A stretch of 64,000 nucleotides of DNA from a virus. The stretch covers positions 1 through 64,000 of IMG/VR virus record IMGVR_UViG_3300003322_000089. The stretch is one strand, 5' to 3'. This document shows positions 7,421-16,122 of this stretch, piece by piece. A model generated the notes under the pieces. It saw only the letters and a list, made by a program, of their open reading frames with translations, ran no database searches and was not told the DNA's origin. The position numbers and the translations under genes are program-made. Numbering within the stretch: the stretch's first letter is position 1; each line of letters opens with the position of its first letter.

Positions 7421-8542
7421 TTGTGTGGACATCTAGGAATGATGGGTCCAGGTATTCAACGAGAAGACCTTGCGATCATTAAACAATTGGGTATTGTCTC
7501 TCAGCTAAGGGGACTTGATGGTTCTGGTATCTACCAGACAAGAACTACAAAGTACAATGCCTACTCTCCAAACTACGATCTCCTGTTCAAGACATACAGT
7601 CCATTCTCTAGCATTCTTGATGAGTCGTCTGGACATAATGGGAAGTACAAAGAACTCTTGAACTCTGTGATGGTCGATGTTGTCATTGGTCACGTAAGGG
7701 CTAGTACTCAGGGTGTAATCTCCGATCAGAATGCTCATCCTTTTGAGTTCGATAACATCGTAGGTGCTCACAATGGTACTCTTAAGGATGCTCAGTACCT
7801 CTCTCATCCAGTGAAGACAGATTCTGAATTAATGTTCAAGGATATCAGCAAGAGGGGTATTACTCCTGTTGTAGAAGCTCTGGATAGAGACTCTGCCTTT
7901 GCCATCGTTATGTACGATAAGATAGACAAGCATGTTTATTTTGTCCGGAACGAACTTAGGACACTGTGTTTTGCCTTCATCAAGGACAGAGCAGTCATGT
8001 ATTGGGCGTCTGAACTGGTCATGCTTGAGTATATCCTGAAGAGAAATCACCAGGATTATAGGATTTTCTCTCTTCATGAGAATTATCTTATCAAAATCAA
8101 CCCCAATGATATAACTCTAAACAATAATAAAAAAGAAGATCCTCTTGACATTCTGAAAGTCCATAAGAAACTCGTGCGTCCACTTCCCACCTCATACCAA
8201 AAAGCTAAGGATGAGATGGAACGCAGGAAGAAACTGGAGAAAGAGAAAGAAACCAAGAGTAACTGGACCCCTGATCAGTACTCCTTCGAGTTGAATAAGA
8301 CAAAGGATAAAGGAGGTAAAGTACTCCAAGGAAATTTTCCACAGACCAAAATCAAGAGCAAACCATTCTCAGTGAAGAGTTGCTATACTCGTTGTGCCTG
8401 TGGCAAAACTACTTTGAATTTGTTGGAAACCAATCAGACCCATCGGGGAATTCATCCTAGGTATCGTTACGATAAGTCAGAGAAAAAGATCTATTGTGAT
8501 GTATGTCCAGACAACAAGATCGAGTGCAAAGAGGTGGTATGA
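7421..8542 (+). CDS. Class II (Ntn) glutamine amidotransferase-domain protein with a long C-terminal extension and Cys-rich end
   Basis: TTG 7421 is followed directly by Cys (CGHLGMMG), as required for an Ntn nucleophile. GHVRASTQG and NAHPF motifs. C-terminal CxC...CxxC. Confidence 0.7.
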   Translation: MCGHLGMMGPGIQREDLAIIKQLGIVSQLRGLDGSGIYQTRTTKYNAYSPNYDLLFKTYSPFSSILDESSGHNGKYKELLNSVMVDVVIGHVRASTQGVISDQNAHPFEFDNIVGAHNGTLKDAQYLSHPVKTDSELMFKDISKRGITPVVEALDRDSAFAIVMYDKIDKHVYFVRNELRTLCFAFIKDRAVMYWASELVMLEYILKRNHQDYRIFSLHENYLIKINPNDITLNNNKKEDPLDILKVHKKLVRPLPTSYQKAKDEMERRKKLEKEKETKSNWTPDQYSFELNKTKDKGGKVLQGNFPQTKIKSKPFSVKSCYTRCACGKTTLNLLETNQTHRGIHPRYRYDKSEKKIYCDVCPDNKIECKEVV

Positions 8543-8841
8543 TGAAAAATCCTGCAAGTACGGAGAGGTTGGTTTTTAATGTCGGTGACGAAGTTGAATT
8601 TGTGGGGCGGGTGGGTGATCTCGGCTCTCAGTTTGAGGGTTCTGTTGGGACTATAATTAACCCCTCTGATCCAGCTTGGAAATCTCATTTAGTGTGTTGT
8701 GTTAGATTTCATTCTGGTTCATTAGCTGGAAGAGTATCTACTGGACGACAAGGAGGGTACTGTGTGTATTCAAGACACCTAGCACTAGCATCTAAACCCT
8801 ATGATCCAACCCAAGCTGGAGACCAAGACGATGACATTTAA
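8539..8841 (+). CDS. Tail-family small protein 6 (ends SKPYDPTQAGDQDDDI)
   Basis: ATG 8539 overlaps the upstream TGA, with GAGGTGG upstream. FNVGDEVEFVG motif. Confidence 0.75.
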   Translation: MMKNPASTERLVFNVGDEVEFVGRVGDLGSQFEGSVGTIINPSDPAWKSHLVCCVRFHSGSLAGRVSTGRQGGYCVYSRHLALASKPYDPTQAGDQDDDI

Positions 8842-9079
8842 TGTAGGTGATCGTATAGAGTATTTTAGAGGGAACTCCTTAGCCAATGAGAGGTTCTTTG
8901 GGCTAACTGGGACTATCGTGGGAAAAATGTCGTACGGAATGGTGGCCATCCGGTGGGATCACTATTGTCTAGAAAATATGTATGCAGATACGAGATGTGT
9001 CTGGTCAGTCCATAATATAAAACCACTTATGAACGATTATGATCCTACTCAGGTAGGTGATACTGAGGATGATATCTAA
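8831..9079 (+). CDS. Tail-family small protein 7 (ends NDYDPTQVGDTEDDI)
   Basis: MTFNVGDRIEYF start at an ATG embedded in the upstream tail codons (GATGACATTTAA). Confidence 0.75.
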   Translation: MTFNVGDRIEYFRGNSLANERFFGLTGTIVGKMSYGMVAIRWDHYCLENMYADTRCVWSVHNIKPLMNDYDPTQVGDTEDDI

Positions 9080-9796
9080 ATGACGACAATTAAAATTGGA
9101 TGTGACCCAGAGTCATTCATTGTAGATGGCAAGGGTGATTTTATTCCAGCCATTGGTATTATTCCTGGAGATAAGGAAAATCCATACCCTGTGGATGGTG
9201 GTGCAGTTCAAGTCGATGGATTGGCAGTAGAGTTTAATATTCACCCTGCCGAGACGGCAGATCAGTTTGTTGGGAATATCAAGAAGGTTCTCTACCAGAT
9301 TGATGAGATGATACACTCCTTTGATAAGGACTTTTCCATCAGGCATACACCGGTAGCTACATTCCGTCAGACCATCTGGAATATGGCACCAGAACAAAGC
9401 AAGATCCTCGGGTGCGACCCAGATTATAATGTCAAGGGGGATATCAACGAGAACCCTACAATGAGACTGGAAAATAGTACCATCCGTACTGCTGCCGGTC
9501 ATATCCACATTGGTTGGCTTGATGAACTCCTTGAAGACCCAATGCAGGGAGATCATTTTGAGACGTGCTTGGACATTGCCAATGGTTTCTTCCACGGTCA
9601 TCTATCCACCTTCATTCCTAGTACACAGGAAGAAGAAGAGCGGATGAAATACTACGGTCACAATGGTTCTTTCCGTCCCAAGAAGTATGGTATTGAACTC
9701 CGTGCACCAAGCAACCTTTGGGTTAGAACCGAAGAAACTCAGAAGCTTATCTTCAATCAGACAAGGAAGAAGTTCCATGAGCTTACAGGACTATAG
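9080..9796 (+). CDS. COOH-NH2 ligase, glutamine-synthetase/GCS fold (phage 'type 2' amidoligase-like)
   Basis: N-terminal GCDPESF...G..QVDG.AVEFNI.P pattern plus HIHIG. From memory this matches the phage phiEco32-like COOH-NH2 ligase type 2 family. Not verified. Confidence 0.55.
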   Translation: MTTIKIGCDPESFIVDGKGDFIPAIGIIPGDKENPYPVDGGAVQVDGLAVEFNIHPAETADQFVGNIKKVLYQIDEMIHSFDKDFSIRHTPVATFRQTIWNMAPEQSKILGCDPDYNVKGDINENPTMRLENSTIRTAAGHIHIGWLDELLEDPMQGDHFETCLDIANGFFHGHLSTFIPSTQEEEERMKYYGHNGSFRPKKYGIELRAPSNLWVRTEETQKLIFNQTRKKFHELTGL

Positions 9797-9807
9797 GGAG
9801 TGTAATC

Positions 9808-10089
9808 ATGTTACCGGCCTTTAAAGTTGGTGATGAAGTTGAGTACAGACACCCACATATGGAAGTAAAAGATTTGGATGGTTCTTTTGGATATATAGTG
9901 GCTGTATTTCCCAGAAGATTTCAGGACCCACCTGAAGAAGTTCATCATTATCATGTTAATTGGGAATCTGGTCCTGCTGTATTTCAAAAAATATATACTA
10001 GTAACACTCGATGGGGAGAGCCTGTACTACATCTGTCAAGTAATACATATGATCCCACTCAAATGGGTGATACTGATGAAGACATCTGA
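9808..10089 (+). CDS. Tail-family small protein 8 (ends NTYDPTQMGDTDEDI)
   Basis: FKVGDEVEY motif and conserved tail. Confidence 0.75.
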   Translation: MLPAFKVGDEVEYRHPHMEVKDLDGSFGYIVAVFPRRFQDPPEEVHHYHVNWESGPAVFQKIYTSNTRWGEPVLHLSSNTYDPTQMGDTDEDI

Positions 10090-10110
10090 AAGAATGTTCT
10101 AGAGGGTAAG

Positions 10111-10731
10111 ATGAAACAACGTTGGAAAGGTGATGATGTTAAGGCTCGTCTCCATGGGACCATCATCAGATATAAGAGCCATCCGTACCTCTGTGGAGTA
10201 GACGGACATAGCATTAATCTAATCGATCTCCAGACTGGTAGTACAGTTGGTACTGTGGACAGTGACGATGATCTCCTTGATGTATCTAGTGTACCTCTTG
10301 GCTATGTGAATATTGTCCACCCTGATTACAAACTTTGTGTTTATCTCAAGCGTGACCCTCTTCGTAGGTTCAAGCAGGGTGTAGAAGTAGATATCCTCAC
10401 TCAGAAGATCCTAAGGGATGGTTGGAGTCCTATCAGCAGGGATATTATTCGTTCCAAGTCTCTTGTTGACACAATTCTTGGACGGTTCCCTTCATACAAG
10501 GAGGCTCTGGATTTCATTACGAAGAAGGGTTTCCATTCTGTGGCTTTGAGTAGAGACATTGCTCTTAAACGGGAGGGTGAACTCCTTAAAGTATATCTCA
10601 AAGAGTCTGAAGTTGGGTACATTCGACTTGGTACTGACAGGGTGATTGTCCCCAAGACAGACCAGAGCTACTATCACATTCTACTTCTAGAAGATCTCCA
10701 TGGTTGGGAAGTAATCGAGGGTTCAAAATGA
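10111..10731 (+). CDS. Hypothetical protein (206 aa)
   Basis: ORF with GAGGG upstream. No motif recognised. Confidence 0.65.
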   Translation: MKQRWKGDDVKARLHGTIIRYKSHPYLCGVDGHSINLIDLQTGSTVGTVDSDDDLLDVSSVPLGYVNIVHPDYKLCVYLKRDPLRRFKQGVEVDILTQKILRDGWSPISRDIIRSKSLVDTILGRFPSYKEALDFITKKGFHSVALSRDIALKREGELLKVYLKESEVGYIRLGTDRVIVPKTDQSYYHILLLEDLHGWEVIEGSK

Positions 10732-10991
10732 GAAAAGAAGTAGTTCCAGGAATTTATGATGGTGATGAGCTAGAGTTTGTAGGTAATGCTCCTAGCTGGA
10801 TTAAGGACAGTCCCATTAGGGCATTCTACTCAGAACTGTACACACAGATGAGGTCACATTACATTACTATACGAATCGGCGGAATGAGTTACAATCCCGA
10901 TGATTGTCATTCATACTCTGCTAAAGATCTTAGACTTAAAGAACAACCATATGATCCGACACAAGCAGGGGATACCGATGAGGATATTTAA
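10728..10991 (+). CDS. Tail-family small protein 9 (ends EQPYDPTQAGDTDEDI)
   Basis: ATGA overlap with the upstream stop at 10728 (the listed ORF begins at 10704). Conserved tail. Confidence 0.75.
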   Translation: MRKEVVPGIYDGDELEFVGNAPSWIKDSPIRAFYSELYTQMRSHYITIRIGGMSYNPDDCHSYSAKDLRLKEQPYDPTQAGDTDEDI

Positions 10992-11013
10992 CCCCCGTAG
11001 GAGGGTCTTCATT

Positions 11014-11035
11014 GAATCTAACGGAGTTAGAGAGG
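11014..11035 (+). promoter_or_regulatory. Copy c of the recurrent motif (GAATCTAACGGAGTTAGAGAGG)
   Basis: Lies between tail genes 9 and 10. Its GAGAGGG end serves as the SD for ATG 11043. Confidence 0.5.
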
Positions 11036-11042
11036 GTGACAT

Positions 11043-11309
11043 ATGATTGAAGTTGGTGATTATGTAGAATACTGCTTTGAGGGGTATGGGAACGAGCGTT
11101 ATCATGGAAGTATAGGAAGAGTTCTAGAAGTTAGAAATTACTACGGATACAGTGAATACCAATGTGCAGTATTTTGGGAAAGTGGTCTACTTTCTGAACA
11201 CGAAAGTTATAAAACCCCAAGACTATTCTGGGACAGAACCATCAAGAAGGCCTGCGTTAATAGAGATTACGACCCCACACAGATGGGTGACACTGAGGAC
11301 GACATTTAA
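11043..11309 (+). CDS. Tail-family small protein 10 (ends RDYDPTQMGDTEDDI)
   Basis: IEVGDYVEY motif and conserved tail. Confidence 0.75.
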   Translation: MIEVGDYVEYCFEGYGNERYHGSIGRVLEVRNYYGYSEYQCAVFWESGLLSEHESYKTPRLFWDRTIKKACVNRDYDPTQMGDTEDDI

Positions 11310-11318
11310 GGATTTAAA

Positions 11319-12347
11319 ATGAATCAGATTGTAAATGTTTATGATATTCTAAAGGCTCAGACCAAGTTCTCTGGTGATCGTCATCATGGTGAATTTGGTG
11401 TGGAGATCGAGACTGAGACAGAGAAGTCTTATGAATACCCCAAGATGAAATTCTGGAACACAACCAAGGATAATTCCTTGCGTGATTGGGGTGTGGAATA
11501 TGTTCTCAAGGCTCCCATGAACCTTCCTGAATTTGAGAAAGCTCTTGAAGAATTCTCCATTTGTGAGAAGAAATACAAGTTTAGGAATGGATCTATCTCT
11601 ACCAGTGTCCATGTCCATATTAATTTTCAGAATGATACCTTCTTGACATTGGCAAACTTCTGTACTGCCTATGCATTGGTAGAGAATCTTCTGATCAAAT
11701 ACTCTGGACCAGACCGGTTGAGTAATCTTTTCTGTCTTCCGATGTGTGATGCAGAGGGTGTTGTCTCCAATATTGTTAACCTATTGTCATTTGTCAACAG
11801 GAATATGTATGCCAAGGTTCCTGGATCAGTGTCAGTAGACAGGTGTAAGTATGGTGCACTCAATCCAGCACCTATTACCACACTAGGAACTCTCGAAGTT
11901 AGATGTTTCAGGGGTGAGACAGACTCCAAAATCATCCAACGATGGGTAGAAATCATCAAGAAACTGAAGGATTTTTCTCGTAGGGAGGGCTTGACACCAC
12001 CAGATATCCTCAAACTCTGGAAGGAAAACAAGGCTACCATCGTCGATATCATCTTCCAAGAGTATGCAAGTGACCTTAAGTATAAGGAAACTGATGAACT
12101 GATTCGTAAGAATTTGAAGTATGCAGCAGATATTGCTTGTGTTTCCAAGACTTGGGATAAATTCGGTATCCTTAAGATCAAACCTGTCTATAAGGAAGTG
12201 GCTAAGGACAAGTTGGACAGGATCTCCAATGATATGTTCCAGAGGCTCTACGATTCCCTCAACTACCATGAGCGTATTGCAGTGGCAGAGAAGTATCAAG
12301 CAATGAACCCTACAACAAGAATCGTGGATCTAAATGACGATATCTAG
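11319..12347 (+). CDS. Putative amidoligase (Amidoligase_2-like, GS fold); ends in VDLNDDI
   Basis: GEFGVEIETE and STSVHVHI motifs, typical of the 'putative amidoligase enzyme' family (from memory). The acidic C-terminus resembles the tail. Confidence 0.6.
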   Translation: MNQIVNVYDILKAQTKFSGDRHHGEFGVEIETETEKSYEYPKMKFWNTTKDNSLRDWGVEYVLKAPMNLPEFEKALEEFSICEKKYKFRNGSISTSVHVHINFQNDTFLTLANFCTAYALVENLLIKYSGPDRLSNLFCLPMCDAEGVVSNIVNLLSFVNRNMYAKVPGSVSVDRCKYGALNPAPITTLGTLEVRCFRGETDSKIIQRWVEIIKKLKDFSRREGLTPPDILKLWKENKATIVDIIFQEYASDLKYKETDELIRKNLKYAADIACVSKTWDKFGILKIKPVYKEVAKDKLDRISNDMFQRLYDSLNYHERIAVAEKYQAMNPTTRIVDLNDDI

Positions 12348-12354
12348 TATCGTT

Positions 12355-12374
12355 GGATTTAACGAAGTTAAAGG
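12355..12374 (+). promoter_or_regulatory. Copy d of the recurrent motif (GGATTTAACGAAGTTAAAGG), followed by an orphan tail-end relic
   Basis: Located 8 nt after the amidoligase stop. 12371-12390 (AAGGATGATATCTAAATGAC) matches 9065-9084 at 19 of 20 positions. Confidence 0.5.
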
Positions 12375-12385
12375 ATGATATCTAA

Positions 12386-13186
12386 ATGACAATTACAGCA
12401 ATCTTTGCTTATGCAAACTACTCTGAAGGTGCTAATGAGCTAAAGACAGCTCTTGGTGTCCCTAAGATCAAGCACACAGGTTCCAAGTTTAAAGCAGCTC
12501 CCACCAAAACTATTCTTAACTGGGGGGCTACGACAGATAGGTTCCCTGAAGAATACAATAGATGCAATGTCATCAATAAGCCTCAGAATGTCGATCTTGC
12601 AGTAGATAAGAAGAAGGCATTCCGTAAATTCAGAGAACATGGAGTATCTATTCCTGAGTTCACAGAGGACAAGGAAACTGCTACCCAATGGCTTGAAGCA
12701 GGGCAGATGGTCTTTGCTCGTACTAGACTCCATGATCATAGCGGTCGCGGTATCGTCATCATGGACCCTGAATTTCCTGATACTTGGGAAGTAACGGCAG
12801 AACTGTTCGTCAAATACGTTCCCAAGAAAGATGAATACCGCATCCATGTTCTCAATGGACAGATCATCGACATTCAGCGTAAGGGTCTTCGTGCAGAGTT
12901 GAGAGGTTCTGAGGGTATCAACTATAAGATCAGAAATCTTTCTAACGGTTTCATCTATGTCCGTAACGATAGTAATGAGACCCCCCTGATCTCTTCTGCA
13001 TCAGTCCCTCAGATTGTCAAGGATGTGGGTATTGCAGGTGTTCAGGCACTGGGTCTTGACTTTGGTGCTGCCGATGTAATCTACAATGAGAAATCTCGTA
13101 GAGCATATATCCTTGAGGTCAACAGCGCGCCGGGCCTAAGTGGCTCTACTGTAACCAACTATGCAGAGGCATTTGGACGGCTATGA
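12386..13186 (+). CDS. ATP-grasp ligase (RimK-like)
   Basis: Size and motif layout of RimK-type ATP-grasp enzymes: FARTRLHDHSGRGIV, KYVPKKDEYRIHV and ILEVNSAPGL. Confidence 0.7.
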   Translation: MTITAIFAYANYSEGANELKTALGVPKIKHTGSKFKAAPTKTILNWGATTDRFPEEYNRCNVINKPQNVDLAVDKKKAFRKFREHGVSIPEFTEDKETATQWLEAGQMVFARTRLHDHSGRGIVIMDPEFPDTWEVTAELFVKYVPKKDEYRIHVLNGQIIDIQRKGLRAELRGSEGINYKIRNLSNGFIYVRNDSNETPLISSASVPQIVKDVGIAGVQALGLDFGAADVIYNEKSRRAYILEVNSAPGLSGSTVTNYAEAFGRL

Positions 13187-13458
13187 GAATCCAAGATTAT
13201 CCATTTGAACCTATTACTAAAGATACTGTACTATCTGTAGGTGATATCTTTTATGAAAATAATTATCAGTATTATATTACTTACATTGATGACACAACTT
13301 TCAGATACATAGCCAGTAGTTTTATTCATGATTGGACTGGTAAAGAAAGTACTAGTCAATTGAGTTCCATTACAAACTCTAATGGATACTTCAAGAAAGT
13401 AATCTTTGAAAGACCCTATGATCCCACCCAAGCGGGTGACACAGACGACGATATCTAA
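13183..13458 (+). CDS. Tail-family small protein 11 (ends ERPYDPTQAGDTDDDI)
   Basis: ATGA overlap with the ATP-grasp stop. Conserved tail. Confidence 0.75.
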   Translation: MRIQDYPFEPITKDTVLSVGDIFYENNYQYYITYIDDTTFRYIASSFIHDWTGKESTSQLSSITNSNGYFKKVIFERPYDPTQAGDTDDDI

Positions 13459-13475
13459 TTAAGGAATTAATAACA

Positions 13476-14615
13476 GTGTGTGTGATTCTCCATCTATCTG
13501 CTGGTGCTACTATCAACAAGCGTCAACTCTATAACGCTGTACATAACAATTGGCATGGCTTTGGTCTAGTTCTTAAGGACCAGAATAATCGTATCCAACT
13601 CACCAAGGGCTTCAGGGAAAACGGTACTGACCCTGAAGAGATCTGGAAGCTTCTGGAAGATAACAAAGATATCGAACGGTATCTTCATGTCCGTCATTCC
13701 ACTCGTGGTGCACCAGATGATACCAACGTTCAGCCCTTTGAAGTTTACAATTCCAATGAACGTCAGATCTTCTTCATGCACAATGGCACCCTATCCTCAT
13801 TTGGAGGGGCGTGGAACAACGATCAGGGAAAGAGTGATACACTAGAGTTCTGCGAGAAGATTCTCTCCCCCGCCCTTCTACGTTGGTCTGGTGCCAATGG
13901 TAAAGCTGACTATACCGATGAAGAATTCTTTCGTCTGGTAATGGAAAAGCAGTGGTCATCTGGCTCCACTGGTCTGTTCGTTTCCAACGATCTTGAACCC
14001 AGACGTATTGGTGCTGGATGGTCAGAATACAAACACCCAGATGACACCAGTAGTGGTACTGTCTGGACTTCCAATACTTCCTATTTCGATAGGGTTCAGC
14101 GTGGGCCTGAATTTCAAAGGTTGGAAGCAATCAAGAAAGCAGAGGAAGAGAAGAAAAAGGAGGAGATGAACTCCTTAGTCCCTTTCGACCAGACGAATGC
14201 GAAAACCAGATCGAGTATTATGCAAGAATGGGGTGGGGGTCCGAATGGGCATACTACAACTACTGAAGTCCTGAAGTTTAATGCCAGCAATCTTGCCAAG
14301 TCTCCAAAAGTCCTTAAGGCTCTCTCTGATATTGTTAACACTTGGGACTTTGAAAATCCTGAAGACCTCCAGAAGCTCCGTTTTGTTGCATATGATGAAT
14401 GGATCAACTTCATTGACAGTGAAGGAGAGTGGGCTGTAGCTGCATTCATTGAGCATCTTACTCACCATTATCATGACATGTTCTTCAAGAATCTTGCTCT
14501 TATCGAGATGGTAAAGAAAGCAGAAACAAAGCAGAGGAAGGCAGAACAGCATATTTCCAACCTAAAGCAAATCACTTTGGAAAAGAATCCTGTAGGTAAA
14601 AATGAAGCTGCGTAG
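13476..14615 (+). CDS. Class II (Ntn) glutamine amidotransferase-domain protein, second copy
   Basis: GTG start followed directly by Cys (MCVILH). HVRHSTRG, NVQPF and HNG motifs. The C-terminal half is K/E-rich. Confidence 0.7.
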   Translation: MCVILHLSAGATINKRQLYNAVHNNWHGFGLVLKDQNNRIQLTKGFRENGTDPEEIWKLLEDNKDIERYLHVRHSTRGAPDDTNVQPFEVYNSNERQIFFMHNGTLSSFGGAWNNDQGKSDTLEFCEKILSPALLRWSGANGKADYTDEEFFRLVMEKQWSSGSTGLFVSNDLEPRRIGAGWSEYKHPDDTSSGTVWTSNTSYFDRVQRGPEFQRLEAIKKAEEEKKKEEMNSLVPFDQTNAKTRSSIMQEWGGGPNGHTTTTEVLKFNASNLAKSPKVLKALSDIVNTWDFENPEDLQKLRFVAYDEWINFIDSEGEWAVAAFIEHLTHHYHDMFFKNLALIEMVKKAETKQRKAEQHISNLKQITLEKNPVGKNEAA

Positions 14616-15201
14616 TGCAAGAAACTCGTATGATATCATCGGTACATCTGCCAAGAATACTCCAGACTGGATGGACCTAAAGAAATCTGCATATGATGAA
14701 TTCCTTGTCTTTGTAGTTGGTAACACTCGTAGGTATAGATCCAGGTCTGCCCTTATGGAGGGTGCCAACTATTATGGTGAGGGTGTAACATTCGATGATA
14801 ATTATATTATGAAGAGATCAATGACAGCGGCTGGAAATAAAAACCCGGAACCACTGTTGTTCACATTTGATAAGGTTAAGAATTGGAATGATTTTAAACC
14901 CATCTTCCGTAGAGAACATTTAAAGCATATCGAAGGTGATGTATACGGTATCCCACTCCGAAAGCTTGCTCAACTCGATCAATATGAAGGTAATGGAGAT
15001 TTCATCACCAGAATTTCCAGATGGGTAAAACTCCTTCATCCCAAACAAGAAGGTACTACTGTTAAAGCATGGATGTGGGTAGTGGACACTGATGCTTGGA
15101 TGGAATGTTATTCGGGTGGAAATGAACTCAATCTTTGTAACACTATTAATCATATGGTAGGTCCAGAAAAGGAGTCCTTCAATGCCTACTACTTTGCATA
15201 A
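14602..15201 (+). CDS. GGCT/AIG2-like protein, divergent second copy
   Basis: LVFVVGNTRR replaces YGTL. VYGIPL...LDQYEGNGDFITR matches the catalytic-Glu segment seen in 3127..3537. Confidence 0.5.
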   Translation: MKLRSARNSYDIIGTSAKNTPDWMDLKKSAYDEFLVFVVGNTRRYRSRSALMEGANYYGEGVTFDDNYIMKRSMTAAGNKNPEPLLFTFDKVKNWNDFKPIFRREHLKHIEGDVYGIPLRKLAQLDQYEGNGDFITRISRWVKLLHPKQEGTTVKAWMWVVDTDAWMECYSGGNELNLCNTINHMVGPEKESFNAYYFA

Positions 15202-15496
15202 ATATGACGGTGATGATTACGAATATGTAAGCACCAAAGATATTCTTGTTGGTGATATTGTTATTCACAAATCTTGGTTAGCAAATGCAGGGTCTAAGAT
15301 AACGTATGAGATTGTCTATAATAATCCACAAGAAGAGAGGATCTACGGTATTGATCCTAGATGGGATAGCAGATCAAGAAACTCTGACTATAGATGGAAT
15401 TACAGTAGTAACTTCGGATACACTGGGTGGCTACGTAAAGTAACTGAGTATCCTTACGACCCAACACAAATGGGAGATCAAGAAGATGATATTTAA
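15182..15496 (+). CDS. Tail-family small protein 12 (ends EYPYDPTQMGDQEDDI)
   Basis: ILVGDIVIH motif and conserved tail. Confidence 0.75.
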   Translation: MPTTLHKYDGDDYEYVSTKDILVGDIVIHKSWLANAGSKITYEIVYNNPQEERIYGIDPRWDSRSRNSDYRWNYSSNFGYTGWLRKVTEYPYDPTQMGDQEDDI

Positions 15497-15806
15497 AGAT
15501 CTGGTACTTTCTGAATTTAAATCTTGGGATGAGATCCTTCTTGGAGATAAACTTGTCTGGTGTAGAGATGGTAAAGTTTTGTATGATTACTTAGTGTCTT
15601 TTGAAAGATTAACAGACTATGAGATGTTTGGTTCTAATGAAATAGGAGACCCAGACGATGATGATGACTATGATAGTGAAGGAGACGGATGGAGTAGAGA
15701 CATTTATCCGACAAAAAGTTATTCCATGATTTGTGGTTGGATGAAGGTGGTGGAAGAAGTTCCATATGATCCCACACAAATGGGAGATCAAGAAGATGAT
15801 ATTTAA
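15486..15806 (+). CDS. Tail-family small protein 13 (ends EVPYDPTQMGDQEDDI)
   Basis: Its ATG is embedded in the upstream tail codons (GATGATATTTAA). Conserved tail. Internal poly-Asp stretch. Confidence 0.75.
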   Translation: MIFKDLVLSEFKSWDEILLGDKLVWCRDGKVLYDYLVSFERLTDYEMFGSNEIGDPDDDDDYDSEGDGWSRDIYPTKSYSMICGWMKVVEEVPYDPTQMGDQEDDI

Positions 15807-16122
15807 TCTAGGTGATGTAGTAGAGTATACCAATAAGAAGTATAAGGCAGATATGATTGGGTATATCATTGCCTATGAGGGTTCCTATGTTTGTGTAGAG
15901 ACTCTCAGTGGTGATAGTGGGTGTACACAAGAAAAGTCTTGGTTCTGGAAGAATGAACAGAGTGATTATCTTTCTGACAGATTTGAGCAACTGGGTTTTG
16001 CAAGTGGGTATACTTCGAAGAGTGATAAATGCCAATGGATTCCTAAGAGGTCTCGTAACCTCAAGCAAGCAATAAGAGAATACGATCCTACACAAGCAGG
16101 GGATACCGATGAGGACATTTAA
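15796..16122 (+). CDS. Tail-family small protein 14 (ends REYDPTQAGDTDEDI)
   Basis: MIFNLGDVVEY start at an ATG embedded in the upstream tail codons (the listed ORF begins at 15766). Confidence 0.75.
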   Translation: MIFNLGDVVEYTNKKYKADMIGYIIAYEGSYVCVETLSGDSGCTQEKSWFWKNEQSDYLSDRFEQLGFASGYTSKSDKCQWIPKRSRNLKQAIREYDPTQAGDTDEDI

